In this document: piece by piece, positions 45,367 to 53,966 of the stretch
How the letters are laid out: every line of letters starts with the position of its first letter
How positions within the stretch are numbered: position 1 is the stretch's first letter
Assembly (NCBI GenBank): GCA_050945875.1
Contig: JBMNTT010000007.1
Location: 7,701-71,700 of the forward strand
Reading direction: 5' to 3'
From: Christensenellales bacterium
GTDB taxonomy: Bacteria > Bacillota > Clostridia > Christensenellales > JBMNTT01
DNA: 64,000 nucleotides
The notes under the pieces: model-generated
What the model was told of the DNA's origin: nothing
What the model saw: the letters and a program-made list of their open reading frames with translations, nothing else
Databases searched by the model: none
Position numbers and translations under genes: made by a program

Positions 45367-46713
45367 TTAGAAGGGCACGTACTTGAGCACGTACATGGCG
45401 ATGAACACCGCCGAGAGCACGTACATCAGCACGGGGATCTCCTTGAACTTGCCGCGCAGCATCTTGATCAGGGTGAAGGAGATGAAGCCGAAGCCGATGC
45501 CATCGGAGATGGAGTAGGCGAAGGGCATCATCACGATGGTCAGGAAGCAGGGAATGGCCATCTCGATGTCGTCCCAGGCGATCCGGGCGGCGCTCTTGAG
45601 CATCAGCACGCCCACGATGATCAGGGCCGGAGCGGTGGCCGCGCCGGGCACGATGCCGGCGATGGGGGCCAGCACCAGGGCGGCCAGGAACAGCACGCCC
45701 ACGATCAGGGAGGACAGGCCGGTGCGCGCGCCCTCGCTGATGCCGGTGGAGGACTCCACATAGGTGGTGACGGTGGAGGTGCCCAGGCAGGCGCCCACGC
45801 AGGTGGCGATGGCGTCGGCGATCAGGGCGCGATCACCGCCGGGCATGTTGCCGTCCTTGTCGAGCATGCCGTTGTTACCGGCGGTGCCCAGCAGGGTGCC
45901 CACGGTGTCAAACATATCCACCACCGCAAAGCTGATGATCGCGGTGATCAAAGGCAGCAGGCCGTGGGTCATCAGGCCCGCGAAGTCGAACTTGAACAGG
46001 GTGGGGGCGATGTTGATGTCGCTGATGGTCAGGCTGGTGGGAATCTGGGTCACACCCATGGGGATACCGATGATGGTGGTGACCACGATGCCGATGAAGA
46101 TCGCGCCCTTGACCTTCCAGGCCATCAGCGCGCCGGTGATGATCAGGCCGATGATGGTCAGCAGGGCGGCCATGTTGAAGGCGCCGTCAATGTTGAAGTT
46201 CAGGGCGGTGATGTTGCTCTCGCCGTTGAGCATGATGATGCCCGAGCCGGAGCTGATCAGGCCGACGAAGGCGATGAACAGGCCAATGCCCGCGCCGATG
46301 GCGGCCTTCAGGGACATGGGGATCGAGGCGATGATCTTCTTGCGCAGCGGCGAGATGGCCACCAGCAGGAAGAGGATGCCCGAGATCAGCACGATGGAGA
46401 GCGCCTGCTCCCAGGTGTAGCCCATGCCGTAGCCCGCGGTGCCCGTGGCGACCGTGAAGGCGAAGAAGGCGTTCAGGCCCATGCCCGGCGCCTGCGCGAA
46501 GGGCACGTTGGCCATCAGGGCGGTGAGGACACAGCCGATCGCCGCGGCCACGCAGGTGGCGACGAACACGGCGTTCTGGTCCATCCCCGTGGCGGAGAGA
46601 TAGGTGGGGTTGACGAAGATGATGTAGGCCATCGCGAAGAAGGTCGTCAAACCGCCGAAAATCTCGGCCCGGATGGTGGAGCCCCGCTCATGGATCTTGA
46701 AGAACTTGTCCAT
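45367..46713 (-). CDS. NCS2 family purine permease (AzgA / PbuG-like adenine-guanine-hypoxanthine permease)
   Basis: ORF 45367-46842 trimmed to ATG 46711-46713 (GGGAGGGAAG upstream). N-terminus MDKFFKIHERGSTIRAEIFGGLTTFFAMAYIIFVNP is typical of this family. 448 aa. Confidence 0.85.
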   Translation of the reverse strand: MDKFFKIHERGSTIRAEIFGGLTTFFAMAYIIFVNPTYLSATGMDQNAVFVATCVAAAIGCVLTALMANVPFAQAPGMGLNAFFAFTVATGTAGYGMGYTWEQALSIVLISGILFLLVAISPLRKKIIASIPMSLKAAIGAGIGLFIAFVGLISSGSGIIMLNGESNITALNFNIDGAFNMAALLTIIGLIITGALMAWKVKGAIFIGIVVTTIIGIPMGVTQIPTSLTISDINIAPTLFKFDFAGLMTHGLLPLITAIISFAVVDMFDTVGTLLGTAGNNGMLDKDGNMPGGDRALIADAIATCVGACLGTSTVTTYVESSTGISEGARTGLSSLIVGVLFLAALVLAPIAGIVPGAATAPALIIVGVLMLKSAARIAWDDIEMAIPCFLTIVMMPFAYSISDGIGFGFISFTLIKMLRGKFKEIPVLMYVLSAVFIAMYVLKYVPF

Positions 46714-46887
46714 TGGGTTTCTTCCCTCCCGTTTTGTCTGTTTTCCAGGCGGGAAGGGGGCCTGCGCCGCGACAAATGTCACACCGCCATCCGCCGTCCA
46801 ACCCGGAAATGGAAATATAAATCCAAATATATTATATAGCAACGGATGCCAAAAACAAGGTTATATAGGGTGGAAAAGTGAATTTTA

Positions 46888-46915
46888 TTGACTTTTACCG
46901 GGGTTCTTGTAAAAT
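46888..46915 (+). promoter_or_regulatory. Promoter of the phosphoribosyltransferase gene
   Basis: TTGACT (46888-46893), 16-nt spacer, TAAAAT (46910-46915). Confidence 0.55.
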
Positions 46916-46960
46916 GGTGGAGGGTACCATCATGATCAAGCGATAAAGAGGGAATGGGCT

Positions 46961-47518
46961 ATGCATGTTTACAAAATGACCATCGCCGGATACGAGCGGG
47001 AGCTGCCGATCTGCAAGGTGACCGATGACCTGTACATCGGCGCGTTTGTGATCTTCGGGGACGCGCCGCTGACGGTGGCCTGCGCCCGGGAGCTGCTCAA
47101 GATTGCTCCCGCATACGACTACCTGATCACCGCCGAGGCCAAGGGCATCCCCCTGATCCATGAGATGGCCCGCCAGCACGGGGACGCCAAGTACTTCGTC
47201 GCCCGCAAGAACCCCAAGCTGTACATGACCGGGGTGTTCGAGGTGGACGTGCGCTCCATCACCACCGCCAAGGAGCAGCACCTGTATCTGGATACCGCCG
47301 ACGCCGAGCTGATGCGCGGCAAGCGCATCCTCATTGTGGACGACGTCATCTCCACCGGGGAGTCCATCCGCGCCGTGGAGCAGCTGGTGGCCCAGGCCGG
47401 GGGCGAGATCGTCGGCAAGCTGGCCATCCTGGCTGAGGGCGAGGCCCAGGATCGCCCGGACATTCGGTATCTGGAGAAGCTGCCGGTCTTTGACGCCGAT
47501 GGCGCGGTCAAGGGCTGA
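46961..47518 (+). CDS. Purine phosphoribosyltransferase family protein (Xpt/Apt-like)
   Basis: 185 aa. PRPP-binding loop ILIVDDVISTGES. Divergent from a purine permease gene. Confidence 0.7.
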   Translation: MHVYKMTIAGYERELPICKVTDDLYIGAFVIFGDAPLTVACARELLKIAPAYDYLITAEAKGIPLIHEMARQHGDAKYFVARKNPKLYMTGVFEVDVRSITTAKEQHLYLDTADAELMRGKRILIVDDVISTGESIRAVEQLVAQAGGEIVGKLAILAEGEAQDRPDIRYLEKLPVFDADGAVKG

Positions 47519-47537
47519 GCGGTCGTCCTTATATAGC

Positions 47538-47570
47538 AAAGCACCCCGGCTGAGCCGGGGTGCTTTTTTT
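47538..47570. terminator. Bidirectional rho-independent terminator
   Basis: AAA-GCACCCCGGC-TGA-GCCGGGGTGC-TTTTTTT. Confidence 0.9.
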
Positions 47571-47577
47571 GACGGGA

Positions 47578-49056
47578 TCAGGCGAAGGGATTCTCGGTGG
47601 GGTAGCGCACGCCCTTGGGCTGATTGTAGCTGATATGCTCCACGCCCAACAGCTTGAGCACCTCGAAGAGCAGCTTGCCCACATGGGCGAAGGCCACGCC
47701 GCCGTGGTGGGGGTAGCGCTCCTGAACGAGCACATGGCGGTAGAAGCGGCCCATCTCCGGGATGGCGAACACGCCGATGCCGCCGAAGGAGCGGGTGGCC
47801 ACGGGCAGAATCTCGCCCTCGGCGATGTAGGAGCGCAGGGTGCCGTCGGCCGCGCCCTGCAGGCGGAACAGGGTGATCTCCCCGGCGGCCAGGTCGCCCT
47901 CCAGGGTGCCGCGGGTGATGTTGGGCTCGCCGTCGGGCTCCAGGGAGCGCTTCATGATGCGCTGGAAGTTCATCTGCCCGTTGTTCAGGTAGCACATGGG
48001 GGTGTTGCCGCAGTGGAAGCCCATGAACAGGTCGGTGGGGGCGTAATTGAACTTGCCCTGGATTTCGCTCTCATAGATGCTGGCGGGCACGGTGTTGTTC
48101 ACGTCCAGGATGGTGGGGGGCAGGGCGGTGATGCAGGAGATGATGTACTCGGTCAGCGCGCCGTAGATGTCCACCTCGCAGGCCGCGGGGATCAAGCTGC
48201 TGGCCAGGCGGGAGTTGACGTAGCAGGGCACGAAACCAAACTGGGTCTGGAAAGCCGGCCAGCACTTGGCCGCCACCGCCGCGTAGCTGCTGGCGCCCAG
48301 GTTGTTCTCGATCCAGTCCTTCAGGGTCAGCTCATACTGGGCCAGCCGGGGCAGGATGCCGCTCATCTTGTTGCCCGCGCCCAGCTCGGCGGCCATGTCG
48401 TCCACCACGGCCTGGATGCGGGGGTCGTCCTTGTGCTCGTTGAAGGCGGCGAACAGGTCCAGCTCGGAGTTCTCCTGGATCTCCACGCCCAGATCGAAGA
48501 GCTGCTTGATGGGGGCGTTGCAGGCGATGAAGTCGTAGGGGCGGGGGCCAAAGCCGAAGATCTTCAGGTTCTTGACGCCCACATAGGCCGTGGCGATGGG
48601 CAGGAACTCGCCGATCATCGCGGCCACCTCGTCGCTGGTGCCCACGGGGTACTCGGGGATGTACACCGTCAGGTTGCGCAGGCCGATGCTGTAGGAGGCG
48701 TTGAGCATGCCGCAGTAGGCGTCGCCCCGGTCGTCGATCATGTCGCTGTCGGGCTCCTCGGCGGCGGCCACGAACATCACCGGGCCGTCGAACTTCTGGG
48801 CCATCTTGGTCTCCGGGCCCTCGGGGCCGAAATTGCCCAGGTACACCACCAAGGCGTTGACGCCGGCGGCCTTGGCCTCATCCAGGGCCTTCATGGCGTC
48901 CTTCTCGTTTTCCACCGGGGTGGGGATCTCAAAGATGTCGATGCCCGCGGCGTCGCAGGCGGCCTTGACGGCCTGGCGGCGGCGCACCGACAGCGACACC
49001 GGGAAGCAGTCGCGGCTGGTGGCGACCAGCCCCATCTTGATAACCGGAATATTCAT
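47578..49056 (-). CDS. L-fucose / L-arabinose isomerase family protein
   Basis: ORF 47578-49092 trimmed to ATG 49054-49056 (AAAGGAGG upstream). 492 aa. The N-terminal pattern (IKMGLVATSRDCFP ... ALVVYLGNFGPE) resembles the FucI/AraA-like superfamily as I recall it. Confidence 0.55.
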   Translation of the reverse strand: MNIPVIKMGLVATSRDCFPVSLSVRRRQAVKAACDAAGIDIFEIPTPVENEKDAMKALDEAKAAGVNALVVYLGNFGPEGPETKMAQKFDGPVMFVAAAEEPDSDMIDDRGDAYCGMLNASYSIGLRNLTVYIPEYPVGTSDEVAAMIGEFLPIATAYVGVKNLKIFGFGPRPYDFIACNAPIKQLFDLGVEIQENSELDLFAAFNEHKDDPRIQAVVDDMAAELGAGNKMSGILPRLAQYELTLKDWIENNLGASSYAAVAAKCWPAFQTQFGFVPCYVNSRLASSLIPAACEVDIYGALTEYIISCITALPPTILDVNNTVPASIYESEIQGKFNYAPTDLFMGFHCGNTPMCYLNNGQMNFQRIMKRSLEPDGEPNITRGTLEGDLAAGEITLFRLQGAADGTLRSYIAEGEILPVATRSFGGIGVFAIPEMGRFYRHVLVQERYPHHGGVAFAHVGKLLFEVLKLLGVEHISYNQPKGVRYPTENPFA

Positions 49057-49172
49057 GTAAGAACCTCCTTTGGGTTTTGGTAGGGCTTCCAATCACCCCG
49101 ATGATATCATCTTTGCGCATCGACGGCAAGCGCGAAAATCCGCGCCCGGCCGTTCCGCGCGGGGGATGGACG

Positions 49173-49181
49173 TGCTATAAT
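49173..49181 (+). promoter_or_regulatory. Extended -10 promoter element upstream of the nuclease / SNF2 pair
   Basis: TGcTATAAT at 49173-49181, 28 nt upstream of ATG 49209. No convincing -35. Confidence 0.45.
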
Positions 49182-49208
49182 AAATAAGGATGAAAAGGAG
49201 GCGGCGCG

Positions 49209-49592
49209 ATGGATCGGGTGCTCGCGGCCCTGTCGGCGATGCGGGTGGGCTTCGTGGCCCAGGAGGAGGCGCTCCAGCAGCGGGTGGCCGCGGCGCTGTC
49301 CGCGGCCGGGGTGCCCTTTGTGCGCGAGGCGCGGCTGGGGCCCCGCTGCCGGATCGATTTTCTCTGCGAGGGGGGTGTGGGCGTGGAGGTCAAGCGTGCC
49401 CGGCCCGATCGCGCGCGCACCCTGGCCCAGCTGGGGCGCTACGCGGCTTGGGACCAGGTGACCTCGCTGATCCTGGTCAGTCAGCAATCGGTGTCCCTGC
49501 CCCGGAACATCGGGGGTAAACCGGCGGTCAACCTGTCGCTCAACCGCCTGTGGGGCCCGGCGGTTTCAGGAGGCATGGATGGACGAGTTTGA
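49209..49592 (+). CDS. Small PD-(D/E)XK (restriction-endonuclease-fold, VRR-NUC/Hjc-like) nuclease candidate
   Basis: 127 aa; AAAGGAGG SD. Motif order: acidic E19-E20 helix, then RID50F, then GVE60VK62, then Q-containing helix (TLAQLGRY). The 3' end overlaps the SNF2 gene by 14 nt. Confidence 0.5.
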   Translation: MDRVLAALSAMRVGFVAQEEALQQRVAAALSAAGVPFVREARLGPRCRIDFLCEGGVGVEVKRARPDRARTLAQLGRYAAWDQVTSLILVSQQSVSLPRNIGGKPAVNLSLNRLWGPAVSGGMDGRV

Positions 49593-51375
49593 GTGGTGGC
49601 AGATGGACGAGCCGGAGCCCTTTGAGGAGGGGCCCGAGGAGGGCCTGCTGCCGGCCTACATGCAGCCGGTGCCCGCCGGCAGCCGCACCTACGGGGAGCT
49701 CTCCTTCAACCGGCGGCGCAAGTGCTGGCAGATCACCGGCTCGCCCATGGTGGCCCAGCTGGCCATGCGCCTGTTCCCGGGCAGCGTGGCCGAGGGGCGG
49801 GGCAAGTGCCGCTTCGCCGACAGCCGGCGGGCCGTGGGGGACCTGAACTGGCTGATGCAGCGCTACCCCCTGCACATCCGCGAGCGGGACCTGCCCAAGT
49901 GGCAAGAGCGCTACGCCCAGGCCGCGGCCCACGCCCGGGCGCGGGAGCTGGCCCTGCGCCTGCCCCCGTCGATGACGCCCCGGCCGGGGGTGTTCACCGG
50001 GGAGCTGATGGCCTTCCAGCGGGAGGGCATGGGGCATCTGTGGGCCAACCCGCGCACCCTGCTGGCCGACGAGATGGGCCTGGGCAAGACCGTGCAGGCG
50101 CTCTCGGTGGTGGCCGAGGGGGCGCGCTTTCCCTGCCTGGTGGTCGCCCCGCCGCACCTGGTCCTCAACTGGCGCCATGAGATCGAGCGCTTCGTGCGCC
50201 TGGAGGGGGAGATTCCCCGGGTGCACATCGTCCGGGGGCTCAAGCCCTATCCCCTGCCCGAGGCGGAGTTTTACCTGATCCATTACCTGCTGCTGCGGGG
50301 GTGGAAGGAGGTCTTGCCCAAGCTGACCCTGGGCCAGGTGATCTTCGACGAGGTGCAGGAGCTGCGCCACGGCAAGACCGAGAAATATTCCGCCGCCAGC
50401 CTGCTCTCCGACGCCTGCGAGTGCGTCATGGGCCTGTCGGGCACGCCCATCTACAACCGGGGCGGGGAAATCTGGAACGTTATCAACGCCATCGAGTACC
50501 ACGCCCTGGGGGACTGGGAGAGCTTCACCCGCCAGTGGTGCTACGGCTACAACACCGACGTGGTGGCCGACCCGGAACTGCTGGGCGAGTACCTCAAGCA
50601 GGAGGGGCTGCTCTATCGCCGCACCAAGGCCCAGGTGCTCTCCCAGCTGCCGCCCAAGCGCCGCCTGGTCCAGCAGATCGATCAGGACGGCGGGGTGTAT
50701 CAGACCCTGATGCAAGGCATGGGCGAGCGGCTGCGGACCCTGAAGGATACCCAGGACCCCGGCCAGGCGGCCATCCTGGCCGACGCCATCGCCCAGCAGG
50801 AGCGCCAGGCCACCGGCCTGGCCAAGGCCCCCTTCGTGGCGGCCTTCGTCAAGGGCCTGCTCGAGGGCGGGGAGCGGGTGCTGCTCTTTGCCCACCACCA
50901 CGCGGTGATGGACCTGTACGCCAAGGAGCTGGCCGCCTACCAGCCGGTGTTTATCACCGGCCGGGAGAGCCTGGAGAAGAAGCAGCAGTCGGTGGAGGCC
51001 TTCATGCGGGCGGAGACCAACCTGTGCTGCATCTCCCTGCGCAGCGCCGCCGGGCTCAACCTGCAGCGGGCCAGCTGCGTGGTCTTCGGCGAGCTGGACT
51101 GGTCGCCCGCGGTGCACGCCCAGGCCGAGGACAGGGCCCACCGCATCGGCCAGCAGGACTCCCTGCTGTGCTACTACCTGGTGTCCCCCGGAGGGAGCGA
51201 TGAGCAGGTGCAGGAAGCCCTGGGGCTGAAGGTCAGCCAGTTCACCGCCCTGATGGGGGATGCGCCCGAGTCCGAGTTGGAGCGGGCCATGGCCCAGCGC
51301 GACGCCCAAGCACACATCCAGCGCCTGGTGGAGCGGCTGAACCAGACCTACGGCATCGGGGAGGGCGCGACATGA
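49579..51375 (+). CDS. SNF2-family ATPase / helicase with an uncharacterised ~135-aa N-terminal region
   Basis: 598 aa. AGGAGG lies 5 nt upstream of ATG 49579. Motif I LADEMGLGKTVQAL, motif II FDEVQELRH, LSGTPIYN, helicase-C motif VI QAEDRAHRIGQ. Confidence 0.85.
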   Translation: MDEFEWWQMDEPEPFEEGPEEGLLPAYMQPVPAGSRTYGELSFNRRRKCWQITGSPMVAQLAMRLFPGSVAEGRGKCRFADSRRAVGDLNWLMQRYPLHIRERDLPKWQERYAQAAAHARARELALRLPPSMTPRPGVFTGELMAFQREGMGHLWANPRTLLADEMGLGKTVQALSVVAEGARFPCLVVAPPHLVLNWRHEIERFVRLEGEIPRVHIVRGLKPYPLPEAEFYLIHYLLLRGWKEVLPKLTLGQVIFDEVQELRHGKTEKYSAASLLSDACECVMGLSGTPIYNRGGEIWNVINAIEYHALGDWESFTRQWCYGYNTDVVADPELLGEYLKQEGLLYRRTKAQVLSQLPPKRRLVQQIDQDGGVYQTLMQGMGERLRTLKDTQDPGQAAILADAIAQQERQATGLAKAPFVAAFVKGLLEGGERVLLFAHHHAVMDLYAKELAAYQPVFITGRESLEKKQQSVEAFMRAETNLCCISLRSAAGLNLQRASCVVFGELDWSPAVHAQAEDRAHRIGQQDSLLCYYLVSPGGSDEQVQEALGLKVSQFTALMGDAPESELERAMAQRDAQAHIQRLVERLNQTYGIGEGAT

Positions 51376-51395
51376 CGAGGGGGGAGACGCTCAAA

Positions 51396-51809
51396 ATGTG
51401 GAAACTGTTCGCGCTGCTCTCGGCGGTGTTCGCCGCGCTGACCAGCATCCTGGCCAAGTTGGGCATGAAGGATGTGGACTCCAACCTGGCCACCGCCCTG
51501 CGCACCGGGGTGGTGCTGATCTTGGCCTGGGGCATCGTTCTGGCCAACGGCTCCTTCAAGGGCCTGGGCAGCCTGACCTGGCAGAACTGGCTGTTCATCG
51601 CCCTGTCGGGCCTGGCTACCGGGCTGAGCTGGATCTTCTACTTCAAGGCCATCCAGATGGGGGATGTGTCCATCGTCGCACCCATCGACAAGTGCTCCGT
51701 GGTGCTGACGATGATCCTCTCCTTCATCATCCTGGGCGAGAAGGTCACCCTCAAGACCCTGGCCGGCGGCCTGCTGATCACCGCGGGCACCCTGGTGCTG
51801 ATCCTGTGA
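51396..51809 (+). CDS. EamA-domain (DMT superfamily) small membrane transporter
   Basis: ORF 51372-51809. ATG 51396 has AGGGGGGAG upstream. Alternatively, ATG 51372 overlaps the SNF2 stop as ATGA. About 5 TM helices; EamA-like SIVAPIDKCSVVLT. Confidence 0.7.
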   Translation: MWKLFALLSAVFAALTSILAKLGMKDVDSNLATALRTGVVLILAWGIVLANGSFKGLGSLTWQNWLFIALSGLATGLSWIFYFKAIQMGDVSIVAPIDKCSVVLTMILSFIILGEKVTLKTLAGGLLITAGTLVLIL

Positions 51810-51817
51810 GTTGCTTC

Positions 51818-51852
51818 AAAAAGGCCGTCCCTCATGTGGGGGACGGCCTTTT
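51818..51852. terminator. Bidirectional rho-independent terminator
   Basis: AAAAA-GGCCGTCCC-loop-GGGACGGCC-TTTT. It touches the stop codon of the convergent GNAT gene. Confidence 0.85.
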
Positions 51853-52708
51853 AGGTTGGGCGCCGATCGATGCACAGGCGGTGGGAATGGCCGCTGGGTC
51901 GCATGCCGTACGTTGTGTAGAAGCTTTGGGCCCGGGGGTTCCAGTCCACCGCGTAGAGGCGGGCGGCCGGGGCGTCGGTGCGGGCAAAGACCTGCTCCAG
52001 CGCGCGGGTCAGGATGGCCGCGCCCCAGCCGCGCCGCTGGCAGGCCGGGTCCATGGCGAGCAGATCGATCTCCGCCCCGGACCGCTCGTACAGGCCGATC
52101 AGGGCGTCGCCCCAGTAGGCGGCCTCGAAGCCCTGCTGATCGCAGAGCGCCTGCAGACGGGGCCCGTGGACCTCCGGCTGCGCCGCGAACCGCGGCGGGG
52201 GATCGGCGAAGGTCATGGCCCGGTCCAGCAGGGTGAGGTAGGCGTTCAGCATGGACCGCTGGTAGGGCGCAAACCGCAGCGGCTCCGCCGGGATGCGCGG
52301 CAGGGGCTGTTCCTTGGGCCAGACGTACTCCGTGGCGGCGTAGAAATGCGCGCCGCAGTCGGGCGCGGGGTGAAAGCGCTCCGTCAGGTAGGCGATCAGT
52401 TGCGGGTTGTCCGCCCGCAGCCAAACCGTGCAGCGGCCGCAGCCCGCGCGCGCCATCACCGCCTCGATCAGATCGCCCGCCCGGGGACCGTACTGCGGGG
52501 CGTCCTGCGCCAGGGCGATTTGAACCCGCGGCGCGCCGGCAAACCAGCAGGCGTAGCACACGCCGGCGGGTTTGCCGGCCCCGGCGTCCCCCAGCAGTTC
52601 CAGGGCCAGCTGATCGCCGGTTCCCTGGGTGTCGGCAAAAACGCTCGCCTCGCCGCTGTCGATGCGGGCGATCTGCTCCAGCGCAAAGGCTCTGTGTTCA
52701 GGCAGCAT
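51851..52708 (-). CDS. GNAT family N-acetyltransferase (two-lobed, 285 aa)
   Basis: C-terminal lobe has the acetyl-CoA motif CQRRGWGAAILTRAL. The N-terminal lobe shows no clear motif. Confidence 0.6.
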   Translation of the reverse strand: MLPEHRAFALEQIARIDSGEASVFADTQGTGDQLALELLGDAGAGKPAGVCYACWFAGAPRVQIALAQDAPQYGPRAGDLIEAVMARAGCGRCTVWLRADNPQLIAYLTERFHPAPDCGAHFYAATEYVWPKEQPLPRIPAEPLRFAPYQRSMLNAYLTLLDRAMTFADPPPRFAAQPEVHGPRLQALCDQQGFEAAYWGDALIGLYERSGAEIDLLAMDPACQRRGWGAAILTRALEQVFARTDAPAARLYAVDWNPRAQSFYTTYGMRPSGHSHRLCIDRRPT

Positions 52709-52728
52709 GGCAAACCTCCTGCTGATGC

Positions 52729-53259
52729 TCAGTCCCGCCGCTCGAAATCCCGATAGAGCAGGCTGGGCTGGATGTCGCGGCTGTTTTGGTATTTGCCGGT
52801 CTGCCGGTAGGGGTCGTAGTCGCCCTGGATGGTGTGGTAGTAAATCTGGCAGATGCCCACCCCGGCGTAGATGCGCACCGGCTGCACGCAGAAAATCTCC
52901 AGCGTCCAGCAGCCCGCAAAGCCCACGTCGCCAAAGCCCGCGGTGACATGCACGAACAGACCCAGCCGCCCGGTGGAGGAGCGGCCCTCCAACATGGGCA
53001 CCAAGCCCTCGGTGCGGGTATACTCCTCGGTGCGGCCCAGATAGAGCCGACCGGGCTCGAGCAGCAGGCCCTCGGGCGGGATGACCAGTCGATGGGTGGG
53101 GTTGGGCTTTTTCATGTCCAGGGTGTGCTCGGTGTAGACCAGGAGCTCATTGTGCAAGGTGAGATTGTAGCTGTTGGGGTTGAGGTTTTCCGGGCGGTAG
53201 GGCTCGATGAAAATTTGCTCGCCCAGCCGCCGCTGGATCTCCTTGCCGGATAGGATCAT
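52729..53259 (-). CDS. dcd: dCTP deaminase
   Basis: ORF 52729-53811 trimmed to ATG 53257-53259 (GAAGGAGG upstream). 176 aa. MILSGKEI, NPNSYNLTL, EGRSSTGRLGLFVHVTAGFGDVGF; colinear with E. coli Dcd as I remember it. Confidence 0.85.
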   Translation of the reverse strand: MILSGKEIQRRLGEQIFIEPYRPENLNPNSYNLTLHNELLVYTEHTLDMKKPNPTHRLVIPPEGLLLEPGRLYLGRTEEYTRTEGLVPMLEGRSSTGRLGLFVHVTAGFGDVGFAGCWTLEIFCVQPVRIYAGVGICQIYYHTIQGDYDPYRQTGKYQNSRDIQPSLLYRDFERRD

Positions 53260-53966
53260 GCGCGCGCCTCCTTCGGGGGTAGTTGGCATTGAAAGGCCCA
53301 GAGCCGCTGTCCGTGGGCCTTGAGATAGGCGATCTGCTCCCGGTACTCGGGCAGCTGCTCGGCCACCAGCGCCCAGAAGGCCGGGGAGTGGTTGAGCTGC
53401 GCCAGGTGGCACAGCTCGTGCACCACCACATAGGTGAGCGCCTCGGGCGGGGCCAGCACCAGCCGCCAGTTGAAGTTCAGATGTCCCCGGGCCGAGCAGC
53501 TGCCCCAGCGGGTTTTCTGCTCCTTGACGGAAAAGCCCGCGGGGGAAACCCCAATGCGCGGGGCCCACTGGGCGATCCGCTCGGCGATGGCCTGCCGGGC
53601 GGTCTGCCGGTAGAAACCGATCAGCGCGCTCTGCTGGCGCGCGGGGTCCTCGGGCAGCAGCAGGACCGGTCGGTCCGCCGCCCGATCCAGGCGCGCCTCC
53701 CGCAGCCCGGGGGCGGCCCGCCAAGGCATCTCCGTCCCCCACAGGGGTACCGCGGGCTGGCTCAGGAAGAGCTCCCGGGCGGGCTGGGCGGCCTGGCGGG
53801 CGCGGATCCAATCCATCCGCCGCAGGATCAACCGATCCAGGGCGGCCGCGCTCATGGCGGCCGGGGCCAGCACCTCGATCTCGCCCCGATCGTTCAGGCG
53901 GATCAGCACGCTCTTGCGGTCCCGCCGCAGGACGCGGTAGCAGACGCCGGCAACCTGGCGGATCAC
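53256..53966 (-). CDS. YgjP-like (DUF45 / M48-related) zinc metallopeptidase-fold protein
   Basis: ORF 53256-54059. No internal ATG. GTG 53964-53966 overlaps the upstream gene's stop as GTGA. Zinc motif VVHELCHLAQLNHSPAFW. Confidence 0.7.
   Translation of the reverse strand: MIRQVAGVCYRVLRRDRKSVLIRLNDRGEIEVLAPAAMSAAALDRLILRRMDWIRARQAAQPARELFLSQPAVPLWGTEMPWRAAPGLREARLDRAADRPVLLLPEDPARQQSALIGFYRQTARQAIAERIAQWAPRIGVSPAGFSVKEQKTRWGSCSARGHLNFNWRLVLAPPEALTYVVVHELCHLAQLNHSPAFWALVAEQLPEYREQIAYLKAHGQRLWAFQCQLPPKEARA

Noticed and set aside
45310-46839. 509-aa plus-strand ORF opposite the NCS2 permease, and 47560-49083 opposite the isomerase gene
   Set aside because: Extremely G/D/H/A-rich antisense translations. 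The opposite-strand genes have SDs and family-typical N-termini.
46714-46887. Possible purine riboswitch in the ~130-nt leader of the NCS2 purine permease gene (minus strand)
   Set aside because: I looked for the guanine/adenine aptamer core (UAUAAU...GGAUAUGG...UUUCUACC...CCGUAAA...GACUA) and could not find it on either strand. The leader is AT-rich and then GC-rich, with only weak hairpins. An Infernal scan would be decisive, but I have no positive evidence.
49540-51315. 591-aa minus-strand ORF opposite the SNF2 gene
   Set aside because: The SNF2 motifs I, II and VI are all in the plus frame, so the minus frame is a shadow.
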